Origin: Candidatus Bathyarchaeota archaeon
Lineage (GTDB): Archaea > Thermoproteota > Bathyarchaeia > Bathyarchaeales > Bathycorpusculaceae
Assembly (NCBI GenBank): GCA_963826715.1
Contig: CAWGYA010000005.1
Span: 1-64,000, forward strand
Reading direction: 5' to 3'
Length of the DNA stretch: 64,000 nt
This document shows positions 36,822 to 47,600 of the stretch, in pieces. Both the position numbers and the translations under genes were made by a program. Under the pieces are notes generated by a model. The model saw only the letters and a list, made by a program, of their open reading frames with translations, did not search any database and was not told the origin of the DNA. The stretch's first letter is position 1. Each line of letters opens with the position of its first letter.

Positions 36822-39800
36822 GTGTATTTTGTATTCATAATGAATAATAAGCATGTATTAAATCTTAAGAGTAATTTACGTCGGAGACAGAAACATTTGC
36901 CTAATGCAACAGTTTCAGGTTTGAGTGATCTAAGAGAAACTCAAACAATTAGAGTTCTGCATGTAGACGACGATTCCTCAATTCGAGAAATAACAAAACT
37001 AATGCTTTTGGATTTAGATTCTATTTTTGATGTTGATGGTGCCTCTTGTGTTGATGATGGGCTTAGAAAATTAATTAGCCAAAATTATGATGTTGTGGTT
37101 TGCGATTATGAGATGCCCCAAAAAGATGGATTACAATTCTTAAAAGAATTTCATCAACAAAAACATGAAATTCCATTTATATTATTTACAGGTAAGGGCA
37201 GAGAAGAAGTTGCTATAAAAGCATTAAACCTTGGCGCAGATGGTTATATCAACAAGCAGGGTAACCCTGAAACCGTTTATGGTGAACTATCGCATAGCAT
37301 AAAGTTAGTTGTTGAACGTAATAAAGCAAAAAAAGCCCTCCAAGAACAAAACACTCGGTTCACTAAACTCGCGGCTAATACTCCGGGAATGCTTTTTCAG
37401 TTTTTAAAACATCCAGATGGTACATATTGTGTGCCTTTTTCGTCTGATGGAATTAGTGATATTTTTGGGTGCTCCTTAAAAGAAGTGAGAACTGATTTTT
37501 CGCCTATTGTCAGGGCAATATTTCCTGAAGACCTATTGAAAGTTATTAAATCAATTGAAGAGTCAGCTAACAATTTATGGCTTTGGCAATGTGAGTATCG
37601 AGTGCAACTGCCTGGTCAAGAAATACGTTGGCTTTGGGGACAGTCAACTCCAGAGAAATTAGAAGATGGTAGCATACTGTGGAGTGGCTATAACACAGAC
37701 GTAACCGAGCGGAAGATGGCTGAAGAAAAGTTTAGGGAAACTTATGCTGTTCTTGAAAAAGTTGGGGAAGGTGTTGATGCTGGATTAGCTGTTATAGATA
37801 AGGATTACCGGGTTATTTGGGCTAATAAACGCCTAAAAGATTTGGGAGTGGCGTCAAATAAGAAATGTTACCAAACCTTCAACAACTTGGAAACAGTTTG
37901 TCCAGATTGTGGAGTAAAAAAGGTCTTTGAACAAGACCTCAGTTTGGATGTTCATGAGTTTGAAGCTGTAAACTCAAAAGGCGAAAAAACGTGGATTGAG
38001 CTAAGAGTAACGCCTCTTAAAGATAAGGAAGGAAATGTAATTGCAGCTCTGGAATTGGCTGTGCCGATAAATGAACGCAAAAAAGCAATAAGAATTGCTC
38101 AAGAAGAACTTGCTTTAAGAAATGCTCTTCTGGATAATATTCCTTGTATTGCATTAATTCTTGACAAAAAAACTCGTAAAATTGTTGCTTCAAACAAAAT
38201 TGCCAAAGAGATGGGTGCGGTTCCAGGTAAAACTTGTTACGAGACCTGTGCTAATGACAGTTTTCCCTGCTCTTTTTGTTTGGCTCCAAAACTTTGGAAA
38301 ACTGGAGAAAAACAGGTTTTAGAAGAAGTAGAACATAACGGCAAATACTACAAGGGCTTATGGTTACCATACAATGAAACTTTGTATGTTCACTACATAT
38401 TTGACATAACAGAAACCAAAAAAGCTGAAGAGAAACTAAAAGCTTCGAAGGCGAAACTTAAGAGCATTATTGAGAACTCAACTGATCAAGTTTTCATGAT
38501 CGATAAAAATCTTAGGTACTTATTGGTTAATCCAACTTTAGCTAAACTTTTAGGAATGCCTCCCGAGGAGATAATTGGTAAATCAATCAGTGAAGTTTAT
38601 CCTCCAGAGACGGCGATCAGCTTTTCAAATAATATTAAACGAGTGTTTGAAACAGCCGAAAACTTGTTTATTGATGAAAAAATGTCAGTTCAAGGTCATG
38701 AATTATTTATCAGCACTAGTTTGAATCCGGTAAAAGACGAAACAGGAGTTGTTATCGCAGTTTCTGGAGTTGTTAGAGATATTTCTGGTCACAAGAAAAC
38801 CGAAGCTGAACTTGGAAAAAGTATTGCTAAGTTCAAGGAATTTGCTAATCAATTGCCCGAGATGGTTCTTGAAATTGACACTACAGGCAACATTGTTTTT
38901 GCTAATTTAAGATCCTTTGAAATTACGGGGTATTCCAAAGAAGATTTTGAAGAAGGTTTTGATGTTTTGCGTCTTGTTGCTCTCGAGGACCGTGAACGGG
39001 CTAAAGAAAACGTGAAAAAGAGATTCGATAAGAAAGGTGTTCATAATGATGAGTATTTGTATATTAGAAAAGATGGTTCACGTTTTCCAGTTTCGCTTTC
39101 TTCTTCTCCGATCTTTGAAGGTGACAAAATTGTGGGTGCTCGAGCGATCATAATCGATATAAGTGAACAGAAAAAAGAGGAAACCCAACTAAAAGAAGAT
39201 AACCGTCAATTTCAGTTAACAAATGAAAAATTACGTGTGTTGGGTAGTTTAACTCGGCATGATATTGGCAATAAGTTGATGGGTGCAAAATTGAATGTGT
39301 ATTTGTTAAAGAAGCGTCTGGGTGCTAATGCAGAGTTAGATAGCTATTTTGATGGCGTTGAGTCTGCATTTGGAGTGGTGGATAAGATTTTTGATTTTAA
39401 TCGTTTGTATGGGCAGATTGGTTTTGAAAAGCCTTCAAAAGAGAATGTTTTTGAGTGCTTTAGCCAGGCGGTGGCTCTGGTTCAAAACTTGGGTTCGGTT
39501 AGAGTTTTTAATGAATGCCAAGGATTGGAGCTTATTGCGGATTCGTTATTAAAACAGCTTTTCTATAATTTTATTGACAATTCGATGAAGCATGGAGAAA
39601 AAGTCACGCAGATTCGTCTGTACTGCACTAAAGATGTTGATAGTTGTAAAATTATTTATGAGGATGATGGTGTTGGCATACCTGAGGCAAATAAGCGTCG
39701 GCTTTTTGAGGTTGGTTTCACCACTGGGAACGGAAGTGGACTTGGTTTAGCTCTGATAAAACGAATTATTGATGTTTATGGTTGGAATATTGTTGAAGCG

Positions 39801-39863
39801 GGCGAACCTGGTAAAGGAGTAAAATTTGTTATATCGATTCCTTTACCTTTAGTTAAAGACTGA
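36822..39863 (+). CDS. Hybrid histidine kinase (REC-multiple PAS-HisKA/HATPase)
   Basis: VDDD...DYEMP...K receiver; about five PAS units; RHD H-box, NFIDNSMKHG, DDGVGI, GSGLGL. Likely start TTG 36897. Confidence 0.93.
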   Translation: MYFVFIMNNKHVLNLKSNLRRRQKHLPNATVSGLSDLRETQTIRVLHVDDDSSIREITKLMLLDLDSIFDVDGASCVDDGLRKLISQNYDVVVCDYEMPQKDGLQFLKEFHQQKHEIPFILFTGKGREEVAIKALNLGADGYINKQGNPETVYGELSHSIKLVVERNKAKKALQEQNTRFTKLAANTPGMLFQFLKHPDGTYCVPFSSDGISDIFGCSLKEVRTDFSPIVRAIFPEDLLKVIKSIEESANNLWLWQCEYRVQLPGQEIRWLWGQSTPEKLEDGSILWSGYNTDVTERKMAEEKFRETYAVLEKVGEGVDAGLAVIDKDYRVIWANKRLKDLGVASNKKCYQTFNNLETVCPDCGVKKVFEQDLSLDVHEFEAVNSKGEKTWIELRVTPLKDKEGNVIAALELAVPINERKKAIRIAQEELALRNALLDNIPCIALILDKKTRKIVASNKIAKEMGAVPGKTCYETCANDSFPCSFCLAPKLWKTGEKQVLEEVEHNGKYYKGLWLPYNETLYVHYIFDITETKKAEEKLKASKAKLKSIIENSTDQVFMIDKNLRYLLVNPTLAKLLGMPPEEIIGKSISEVYPPETAISFSNNIKRVFETAENLFIDEKMSVQGHELFISTSLNPVKDETGVVIAVSGVVRDISGHKKTEAELGKSIAKFKEFANQLPEMVLEIDTTGNIVFANLRSFEITGYSKEDFEEGFDVLRLVALEDRERAKENVKKRFDKKGVHNDEYLYIRKDGSRFPVSLSSSPIFEGDKIVGARAIIIDISEQKKEETQLKEDNRQFQLTNEKLRVLGSLTRHDIGNKLMGAKLNVYLLKKRLGANAELDSYFDGVESAFGVVDKIFDFNRLYGQIGFEKPSKENVFECFSQAVALVQNLGSVRVFNECQGLELIADSLLKQLFYNFIDNSMKHGEKVTQIRLYCTKDVDSCKIIYEDDGVGIPEANKRRLFEVGFTTGNGSGLGLALIKRIIDVYGWNIVEAGEPGKGVKFVISIPLPLVKD

Positions 39864-40125
39864 CAAGGGCAGAAACCCCCTATTTATTTACCCTTGTGCT
39901 TGCAAATCAGTAATTTATAATGGCCCTATTCTGCCAAATACTGAAATTATAGGTTTCTAAAACTCCCGGATATATCTATCTTTTTTGAAGACACTTTTTG
40001 AGAAACTGGTAACTCTAAAAGTCACGCAAATTTTACTTTTGCCCAAAAATCTGTTTTGAAGAATATTTGGCTCTTAAAAATAAACAAAAAATTAAACAAA
40101 AAAAGATGTTGGGGAGATAATAGAG

Positions 40126-40945
40126 CTATCCAATGATTATTTTTTGAACATCGCTTCTTACTTGTTTGATGTGATCTCCATCGGCTTGTGCATAAATTTT
40201 GGCTGTGTTGTCCCAGAAATGTGGCGCGATGACTTTCGTTGAGAGATTGAATGAACCGTTTTCATCAGTATATCCGACAATCCAAGCTGAATCCAGCATG
40301 AATGATCGATCATGCTCAAATATTCTGATTTTAATATTGGGTATTCCGACATCGCCTTGGCTTAGTTTTCCTTTGAAAGACACTATTTCTCCTTTAGATA
40401 CATTGTCGGGGAGTTTATAGAGCTCAAGCATTGGTTCAGCCATAGACATTGGGGGTGGCGGAGTTGTTATAATCATTGGTTCAGCTGGAGCTGGGGGCAT
40501 CTGGACTTGAACTGGGGTTATTGCTGGGGCGGGAGCTTCTTGCATCATAGGTTCGGGGGCTAGCCATTTTTTCGGTGACTGTTAGATCTTCAATTTCTGC
40601 TCCACAGCTTGCTTGCATTGATTTAATGCCGTTTAGAACTGATTCTTTGGTTTCATATGCTTCACTTGCGCCTATGATTTGTCCGTTTGAAGCAGTTAAA
40701 CGGAACCTAAACTCAGTTGCGATGTCTTTGAAAACTTGATATTTTGGAAAATTGATCCTTGGTCCTTCTACGGTTAGATCCTCAATCCCGACCGTGCAGT
40801 TGTTTTGTATGCTTTGGACTCCGTTCAAAGCGCTAACATGTTGTTCGTAGGCTTCGCTTACGACTACTATTTTGTCCATATCTGTTTTTAGGCGGAATCT
40901 GTATTTTCCAGCCACATCTTTGTATACTTGGTATTTTGCTGCCAT
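40126..40945 (-). CDS. Tandem YegP/DUF1508 protein with Pro-rich linker and Ig-like C-terminal domain, split by one frameshift near 40561
   Basis: Two YQVxKD..(Y/F)RFRL....(V/I)..SEAY repeats; sequence continues in another frame as APEPMMQEAPAP...VSFKGKL. Confidence 0.8.
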
Positions 40946-41096
40946 GACTCATCAACTGAAGTTCGAGGTTTCAGCAATAAAAGACTTTGTTGTTGGCACA
41001 TTGCAATCACAAATTGAGCATTCTTTAGGTGAATTATTTTTTGCTTTTTAGATTTTTTGAATAAATATGCGATTATTTACGTGGATTAATTGGTTG

Positions 41097-41330
41097 CTAG
41101 AGTATTTTTTGCTCTAAAACCTGCCACATTAACGAGAGCCTAATTCTTAGCGGTATAGTTCTTTGGAAGAAGTCCGATTTGTTGATGGTTTTATGTAATT
41201 CTACATGGGTTTCAATGACTTGATTCATTTTTGACAGCGACGGTGTAATAAGGAGTTCTTGTCCGCAGTCTGGGCATTTTATAAAGCCTTTGTTTTGAGG
41301 CTGGTGTGTTGAAACTGTTCGCTCATACAA
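41097..41330 (-). CDS. Small C2H2-type zinc-binding protein (paralog of 2307-2546)
   Basis: IKCPDCGQELLITP...IETHVELH. Confidence 0.72.
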   Translation of the reverse strand: MYERTVSTHQPQNKGFIKCPDCGQELLITPSLSKMNQVIETHVELHKTINKSDFFQRTIPLRIRLSLMWQVLEQKIL

Positions 41331-41485
41331 TTGATTGATTTTGGTATCTTCTTTGGTGTTCGTCGTGAAAGCTGTCTCCTTTCCAGTTTATTGTATCTTA
41401 ACTGTTATATCGCGACTAAGTAAATTTTATGTGCTTATAAAAATTTTTAATATGTACGTATATACATGAACGCATCTAATTTCAC

Positions 41486-41734
41486 TTATTTGCTGGAAAC
41501 CGCAAAGTAGCTCGCAAGACGTTTAATTTCTTTCTCTAAATTATCTAATTTAGCTTCCACTTCTTCAAAACGGCTATCAAATGCTTTTCGGCTATCTATC
41601 TGTTCTGTCACATCAGATAGCTTACCAATCATCTTATCCAAATTTTGTTCATGTGCCTTTAAAACTTGAATTAAGAAGTCTAATGTAGCATCACGGGGAC
41701 CTGACGAATCTATGGGACCTGAGTTGTTGGACAT
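41486..41734 (-). CDS. Small coiled-coil protein
   Basis: LDFLIQVLKAHEQNLD...heptad pattern; likely start ATG 41734. Confidence 0.7.
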   Translation of the reverse strand: MSNNSGPIDSSGPRDATLDFLIQVLKAHEQNLDKMIGKLSDVTEQIDSRKAFDSRFEEVEAKLDNLEKEIKRLASYFAVSSK

Positions 41735-41935
41735 TTTACTCTTTTCCTTCACGATCCCACTATCAACCACGTTTTTAACCCATATTTCCGCCATGGGAAT
41801 ATATCCACAACCAAACGTCATTCTGAGTTTTGTGGTAACTATCAAAGCATTATGTTTACTTTCAGTTCAGACTCTACTATACGGCTAGGTCGTTTTGGCT
41901 TATGCCTTTTATGTAATAATAGAGCAGATTATGCT

Positions 41936-42142
41936 ATGGGGTTCTTTGATTACTTTGACTTGACTAAGCCCTGTGATGCCTGTGGAAATCTTAATGCAGG
42001 GCTTAAGTGGTGTCCCAAATGTAAAATCAGCTTTTGCCAAGTTTGCTACGTGAATTTATTGTATAATCAAATAATGAAGGATCCAAACTGTATGACTTTG
42101 ATGTGTCCTTTGTGCGGTGGATTATTTGAAATTCCAAAGTAG
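41936..42142 (+). CDS. C4C4 RING/PHD-like zinc-finger protein
   Basis: C-x2-C-x9-C-x2-C-x4-C-x2-C-x19-C-x2-C; likely start ATG 41936. Confidence 0.7.
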   Translation: MGFFDYFDLTKPCDACGNLNAGLKWCPKCKISFCQVCYVNLLYNQIMKDPNCMTLMCPLCGGLFEIPK

Positions 42143-42285
42143 CGGTATTTTTTGATGAGGTGCAACAGCAAGATCAATTTGGTTTATGGCGTCGTTGCTC
42201 GCTGCACTTACAAAATTCCCGCTTGCAGCAATTAAAACAAGAAAAAAGTTGAGTTGGTTGAGGTAGAACGCTTTAAGATAGGCGA

Positions 42286-42723
42286 TTAAACATTGTCTGG
42301 GACGAGTTTTTTTCCCTTTTCTGTGATTTCTATAGCGCCAATTTGTTTGAAGATATTCACATTGTCTGTGACGTTCCAGTACTCTGCAAGTTTGCCGTTC
42401 GCGATGCGATATATGTCAACTGCTTTAGATGTTATCTTCTTTCCTGTGGGGGGTAGTCCCATAAATTCGCCCTTATGTGTACCAGTGTAGGAAAGGCGAA
42501 CCCAAACTTTGTCTCCTTCAGCGATAATGTCTTCAATAGTTTCGTGCCAATCAGGAAAAGCATTAACCCCCATAGCAATTAGTTGTTTGAGACCTTCACG
42601 ACCGATATTGTTAGAGTGATCAACATAATCTTGTGAAACAAAATTGTCAATCAATTCTATTTTTTGTTCATTGTAGGCTTCAATAAATCCACGAACTACT
42701 GACTTATTCGTTTCTAATGACAT
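42286..42723 (-). CDS. SnoaL-like ester cyclase family protein
   Basis: NKSVVR, AFPD, IAEGDKV, GTHKGEFMGLPPTGK. Confidence 0.92.
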   Translation of the reverse strand: MSLETNKSVVRGFIEAYNEQKIELIDNFVSQDYVDHSNNIGREGLKQLIAMGVNAFPDWHETIEDIIAEGDKVWVRLSYTGTHKGEFMGLPPTGKKITSKAVDIYRIANGKLAEYWNVTDNVNIFKQIGAIEITEKGKKLVPDNV

Positions 42724-43005
42724 ATAACTTCAACTCTGAGTTATTGGTATGTTAAAATTAAAGATTTTGTTGATGCTCAGATAGTTCGACTTCGAATCTT
42801 ATTCAAGAGCTGAATATTTGTTTGTAATTTGTTTGGGCTTCTGTCAGTCGTGCTTGGATGGGGAATTTTTGTTGGAAACAAGAAGGAAAGCACGAATTGC
42901 TAAGAGGCGATTTACAAAAGTCCTTCAAAGAAGAGTGATATTGGCACTTTAAATTAAGATAACTCATTTCAATGGGTATTTCGAGTTTATCTTTTTTAAT
43001 CAAGC

Positions 43006-43440
43006 TTAGAGGTTGCCTTTGTGCCATATTTTTATCGTTTCGTAGCTAAAAATTAGGAGAAAGATTGATGTTATTAATATTAAGAAGAGGTATTCTGGAT
43101 TTAGAAGGTTTGGTTGGAGAAAAATCATTTCAATTGTGAGGGCAAAAACTGCGAGTAATGAATAGAAGAAATATCTGGGCACTATGAAATGGCTTATTTT
43201 TATGCATCTTTCTAACATCACTTTGGTTACTTCGTAGTTGCCAAATTCGTGTTTTACAAGTTTAGAATATTCAAATCTTTTGAGGTGGTGCTGAACCATG
43301 CCTGGACTGCTTAGGTGTAGCGCTCTTTGGATTTCTCTAGCTCCTAAAGGGCGGTGTGCCTTTAGCATGTAGCGATAGATTTTGAGTCCCGTTCCGTTAA
43401 GGTCATGAACTGATTTTATTTCATCAGTCAATCCTCTCAC
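43006..43440 (-). CDS. Membrane-tethered wHTH regulator
   Basis: LKIYRYML..PLGAREIQRALHLSSP..QHHL, followed by two TM helices. Confidence 0.8.
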   Translation of the reverse strand: MRGLTDEIKSVHDLNGTGLKIYRYMLKAHRPLGAREIQRALHLSSPGMVQHHLKRFEYSKLVKHEFGNYEVTKVMLERCIKISHFIVPRYFFYSLLAVFALTIEMIFLQPNLLNPEYLFLILITSIFLLIFSYETIKIWHKGNL

Positions 43441-43713
43441 TTCCTGCGTGACACTAAATTAGTTCTGAAAGCACTGCCTTATTAATTAATACTGAATATG
43501 TGCTGTTTGTGGTATCTGTACAACAATTATTCAAGAAAATGATGCTAAATGTTGAGATTAGTTGTTGTTTAATGTGGTGGTTGGGTTAATTTTTGGTAGT
43601 TTTTGTTGTACTAGCCTGTTTTCTTTTTGACCTAGGGCATAGTATTAAATGCTGAGTATTGTGTATTGAGAAATTAATTGGGATTAACCAATCAATTGGG
43701 CGGGTGAAAACAG

Positions 43714-44106
43714 TTGATAAACGCTAATAATGCCAACCACAAAAAACCTTCTCAAAGGGCAAAAATCAACCAGCGTCGTTGTATTGTTTGCGGAGGAATG
43801 CGGACGATGCTTAGGGGGCAACTTTTTTATCAGTCAGGTCGTTCGAGGTTTGGTGCTCCTTTTTGCAAAGAACACTCCATTCACTACCATGAGTATGCTC
43901 ATCCTGTTTTCGAAAATAAACGTGCGTTCGATCTCTTCAAGTTTATGTTTCCTAAGTCTTTTCAAAAAAATGTTGAGGGTAAACTTGTTCTTTTCTTTGA
44001 TACCTATAAACATGTGTCGGATAGCAAATGGGCTTTAGTTTTTTCGGAGTCTGATATGGAAAACAAGCTTTATCTTAATAGAACATATATTAACCCCGTT
44101 CGCTAA
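43714..44106 (+). CDS. Hypothetical protein with zinc-binding motif
   Basis: CIVCG...FCKEH. Confidence 0.55.
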   Translation: MINANNANHKKPSQRAKINQRRCIVCGGMRTMLRGQLFYQSGRSRFGAPFCKEHSIHYHEYAHPVFENKRAFDLFKFMFPKSFQKNVEGKLVLFFDTYKHVSDSKWALVFSESDMENKLYLNRTYINPVR

Positions 44107-44111
44107 TCAGC

Positions 44112-44129
44112 CATATCGTTAGCGATATG
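44112..44129. promoter_or_regulatory. Candidate PadR operator CATATCG-N4-CGATATG
   Basis: Perfect 7-bp IR 7 nt upstream of the PadR-family start codon. Confidence 0.7.
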
Positions 44130-44136
44130 AGAGACA

Positions 44137-44670
44137 ATGATGCAAACTGAAGGGGTTCCTCGAGGTCTTCTGCGATTCTTGGTTTTAAAATTCCTATCTG
44201 AAAAACCAATGTCTGGAGTTGAAATCGTTGACCGCATCGCTACGGAAACAAATGGGCGCTGGAAACCAAGTTCTGGATCAATTTACCCTCTTTTATCAAG
44301 ATTGCAGCAAAGAGGTTTCACTTTGGAATCATCAAAAAGTGAAAGTGGAATGCGGCAATATACCCTTTCAAATGAGGGGCAGAGATTCTTTGAAGAACAA
44401 GTAAAACTTGGGCAGAAATTTATGGAAAAAATGCAGTGTCTTGCTCCTATGTTCATCGAGGGTTTTCACTTAGGAATAAGCGATGAGAAATTGCAGCCTG
44501 CTAAGGAATCAGCAAAAAGGCTTCTGCAGATATTTATCGAATTGGAAACAAAAAAGAATCAACTAACAAAGGAAAACATCGTTGAAATAACAAGAATTCT
44601 CGATGATTCCGGAAACAAACTTATAAAGATAATTCAAGAAAACGCTGGAGATAACCAGCAGCTTCACTAA
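44137..44670 (+). CDS. PadR family transcriptional regulator
   Basis: PRGLLRFLVL..PMSGVEI..WKPSSGSIYPLL..YTLSNEG. Confidence 0.92.
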   Translation: MMQTEGVPRGLLRFLVLKFLSEKPMSGVEIVDRIATETNGRWKPSSGSIYPLLSRLQQRGFTLESSKSESGMRQYTLSNEGQRFFEEQVKLGQKFMEKMQCLAPMFIEGFHLGISDEKLQPAKESAKRLLQIFIELETKKNQLTKENIVEITRILDDSGNKLIKIIQENAGDNQQLH

Positions 44671-44681
44671 ATAGGAAATGA

Positions 44682-47600
44682 TTGAGTATGGGAATAAAAG
44701 CTAGCTTTTTGATTGCATGGCGATCTTTATCAAGACGTAAAAGCAAAAACCTAAGCGCCATTTTAGCTGTAACTTTAGGTGTAACTTTGCTTGTGGGTAT
44801 TCAAATTACAACTGCTACTTTGAACAATGCTTTTCTGTCAAGCCTCTCTCAAAGTCAGGGCGAAGTAGATGTCCAAATTTCTAACAGCACATTGGGTGGG
44901 TATCTCAGGCTTGAAGACCAGGCGCTGATTTCGAGTCTTGCGCCTGATGCGGTGGGGATTTTGCCTGAGCTTACGGCTCAGATTCCTGCTTTGGTAAATA
45001 GTCAATTTGATCCTAAGATGGATGTGGCGGGGGTTCCTGCTGATTATCCTGCGGTTTTCGGTAATTTCTATGATTGGCATACGGGCGACAAAATGGATAT
45101 CAACAGTTTACTGAGTAGTAACTCAAGTATTCTTTTGTCAAGTAAGCAAGCTGAAAAATTAGGGTTAGATAAGCAGACAGCTTTGCCTGTTACTTTAACC
45201 ACGGAATTCACTAACCTCACTAAAAACCTCATCCCCCCGACTGTTCCATTAGTTAATTGGACAATAAACGCTAACCTCACAAGCGCAGACTACCTGTTCA
45301 GTAGCACCCCAACTAATTTGACCTTGCAAGTGCAACCGATCAATTATCAGGGTATTGTAATGGCTTACTCAACTGAGAGTCCGCCACTGAATCTAACTAA
45401 CTATTCTTATGTTAACATAACCGCTACGGGTTCTCCAAATGCGGCTGTAATTCTTGGTTTTCTGTTAGATGACGGAACAACCATGACTGTGGCGAATTTA
45501 ACAGATCCCTCAACTCTAAACAGTTTATCTTTTAATCTTGCGCCCTATGCAGGAAGAAGTCTAACTGGTACGAGTTTTCTATCTGCTTTGAGCCTAAACG
45601 GAACCAACGCAAACCTTGACATAACCGAGATAGCCTTTGAAACTTACAACAAAACCGTATCCCCGCGGCTGCCGTTTGTCACATATTCCTCTGAGATATC
45701 GAGAGTAAAACTGCAGGTAGTAGGCATTTATGATTCTAATCGCCCAGGGATAGGCTCTCAATATTCTGGGGCAGTGTTTAAACTGGAAAACCTCCAAGAT
45801 TGGCTTAGCTTAAAAGATAAAAATCAACAAACCGACATCATAAGCGCCTTCGCAATTGCCTACAAAGGAAACCATTTTGTTCAGGAAATAGATCAAAACT
45901 TTTTGCAGACCCAAGTGGACAACCTAAAAGCCACAATCCCAAAAGATACTAATCCTAACACGGGCGAGGCAGTAGATATCTACCAAATTAGTTCTGCCCG
46001 ACTAAACTTCTTTGATCTGGCCTCATTTTTCATCACATTAATGAGCACTATGCTAACTGCATTGGGCTTTTTGATTATGCTCACAGGCGTGTTGCTAATC
46101 ACTAACATCCAACTTATGAGTGTTGAAGATCGAGAATTCCAAACTGGTGTGCTGCGGGCTGTTGGTGATAATCGGCGAGGAATTTTCCAGTCCATAATGA
46201 TTGAAAATCTCTTTCAAGGAATAATTGGCGGTCTCCTTGGACTCGTGGGAGGGCTTGTTTTTGGGCAAGCCGTAGCAGTTTACCTTGTTGGTTTGTTTGG
46301 GACAGGTGCGCTTAGCGTCCAACCGGTTATCTCCACAACAACTGTCATTCTTTCAGTTTTGATTGGTATGGTCCTCAGTATTGTAACTGGTGTTCTTCCC
46401 GCTGTAAGAGCTTCGCAAGTGAAAATTGTTGATGCTTTGCGGGGAATACAAGTTAAGTTCAAATCTAAATCTAGTAGAAACTTAGCTGCCCTTGGTGTCT
46501 TGATGGCAGTGTTGGGCATTTTTGTTCTGATGTACAACGGAGTGCTTGACAAGCAAACCCAGGTGTTTTGGAGCAGTCAAGGCTGGGATAGTCTTGGTGA
46601 ATGGAGAAACCTGCTGATAGGCTTTGGCTTCTTAACTGGGGGGTTAGGCTTTATTCTTTCACGCTTCATCGACCGAGTTAAAGCCTTCAACATAACCGCG
46701 ATCACTCTCTGGGTTTTCCCCTCGATTCTATTCGTTTTTGCATTGGGCAACTGGGTAAAGGGAGTCACAGGTTTATCGATTGATATTTTAATTTTAGGTA
46801 TCATCGAAATAATCATAGGCTCTATCTTGTTTGTAGCCCTTAACTTGCCTATTCTAATGCGGGGTCTTAGAACAATTTTGATTAAGGTTCGCGGTGCAAA
46901 AGGCATCGCTCAATTCTCACCCGCACTCATTTCCTCACACATTACCCGCTCGACCCTAACTTTCGCCATATTCGCAATCATCCTAACGTTAAACGTCTTA
47001 GTTGCTGCATTAATCCCAACCAGCCTGGGAACTGCGACACAAATCGAGCAAGACTCAAATGGAGTAGATTTCACAGTCTTTCTAAGTAAACCTGAAGCAA
47101 TTATTCCAGGAACCAACTACACTCAAGAAATCTTCAAGATTGATAGTCGAATAACCGATGTAATTGGCTTTAAAACTTTCAAGCCTGGTGATGACTTTAC
47201 GAAGTTTGTTTCGTTAAGTGACCCTACGTCTGATGAGTTTGATTACAAAACGGATTTGCTTCCAATTGGCCTCGGGGAATTTACGCCTGATCAAATTCGA
47301 GGTAATGCTTCTAACTATTTAGATAGTGACTGGCGTTATCCTGCTTATCTGTCCGCATTTCCAGATGGAGTTCGCCAATCAGTAGTCTCTGATATGTCAG
47401 ATAGCCAAACCTTAGACTTATCTAAGCAGTCATGGGATTTGCTCTTCAACAATACGTATCAGATGGCTGCATACAATGTTTCTTCGAATTTGCTTTCCAT
47501 AATTTCAGGTGAAGGATCTATCTCTGACTTAAACTTGGGATCAGGCGATCCCTTAGGTTCGACAGGGGACGATCCATTAGCCAATGTGCAGCCATTGACC

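Noticed and set aside
42803-43027. 74-aa ORF
   Set aside because: Overlaps the upstream gene end and has no motif.
43730-44038. 102-aa alternate-frame ORF
   Set aside because: Competes with 43714-44106, which has a coherent zinc-binding motif.
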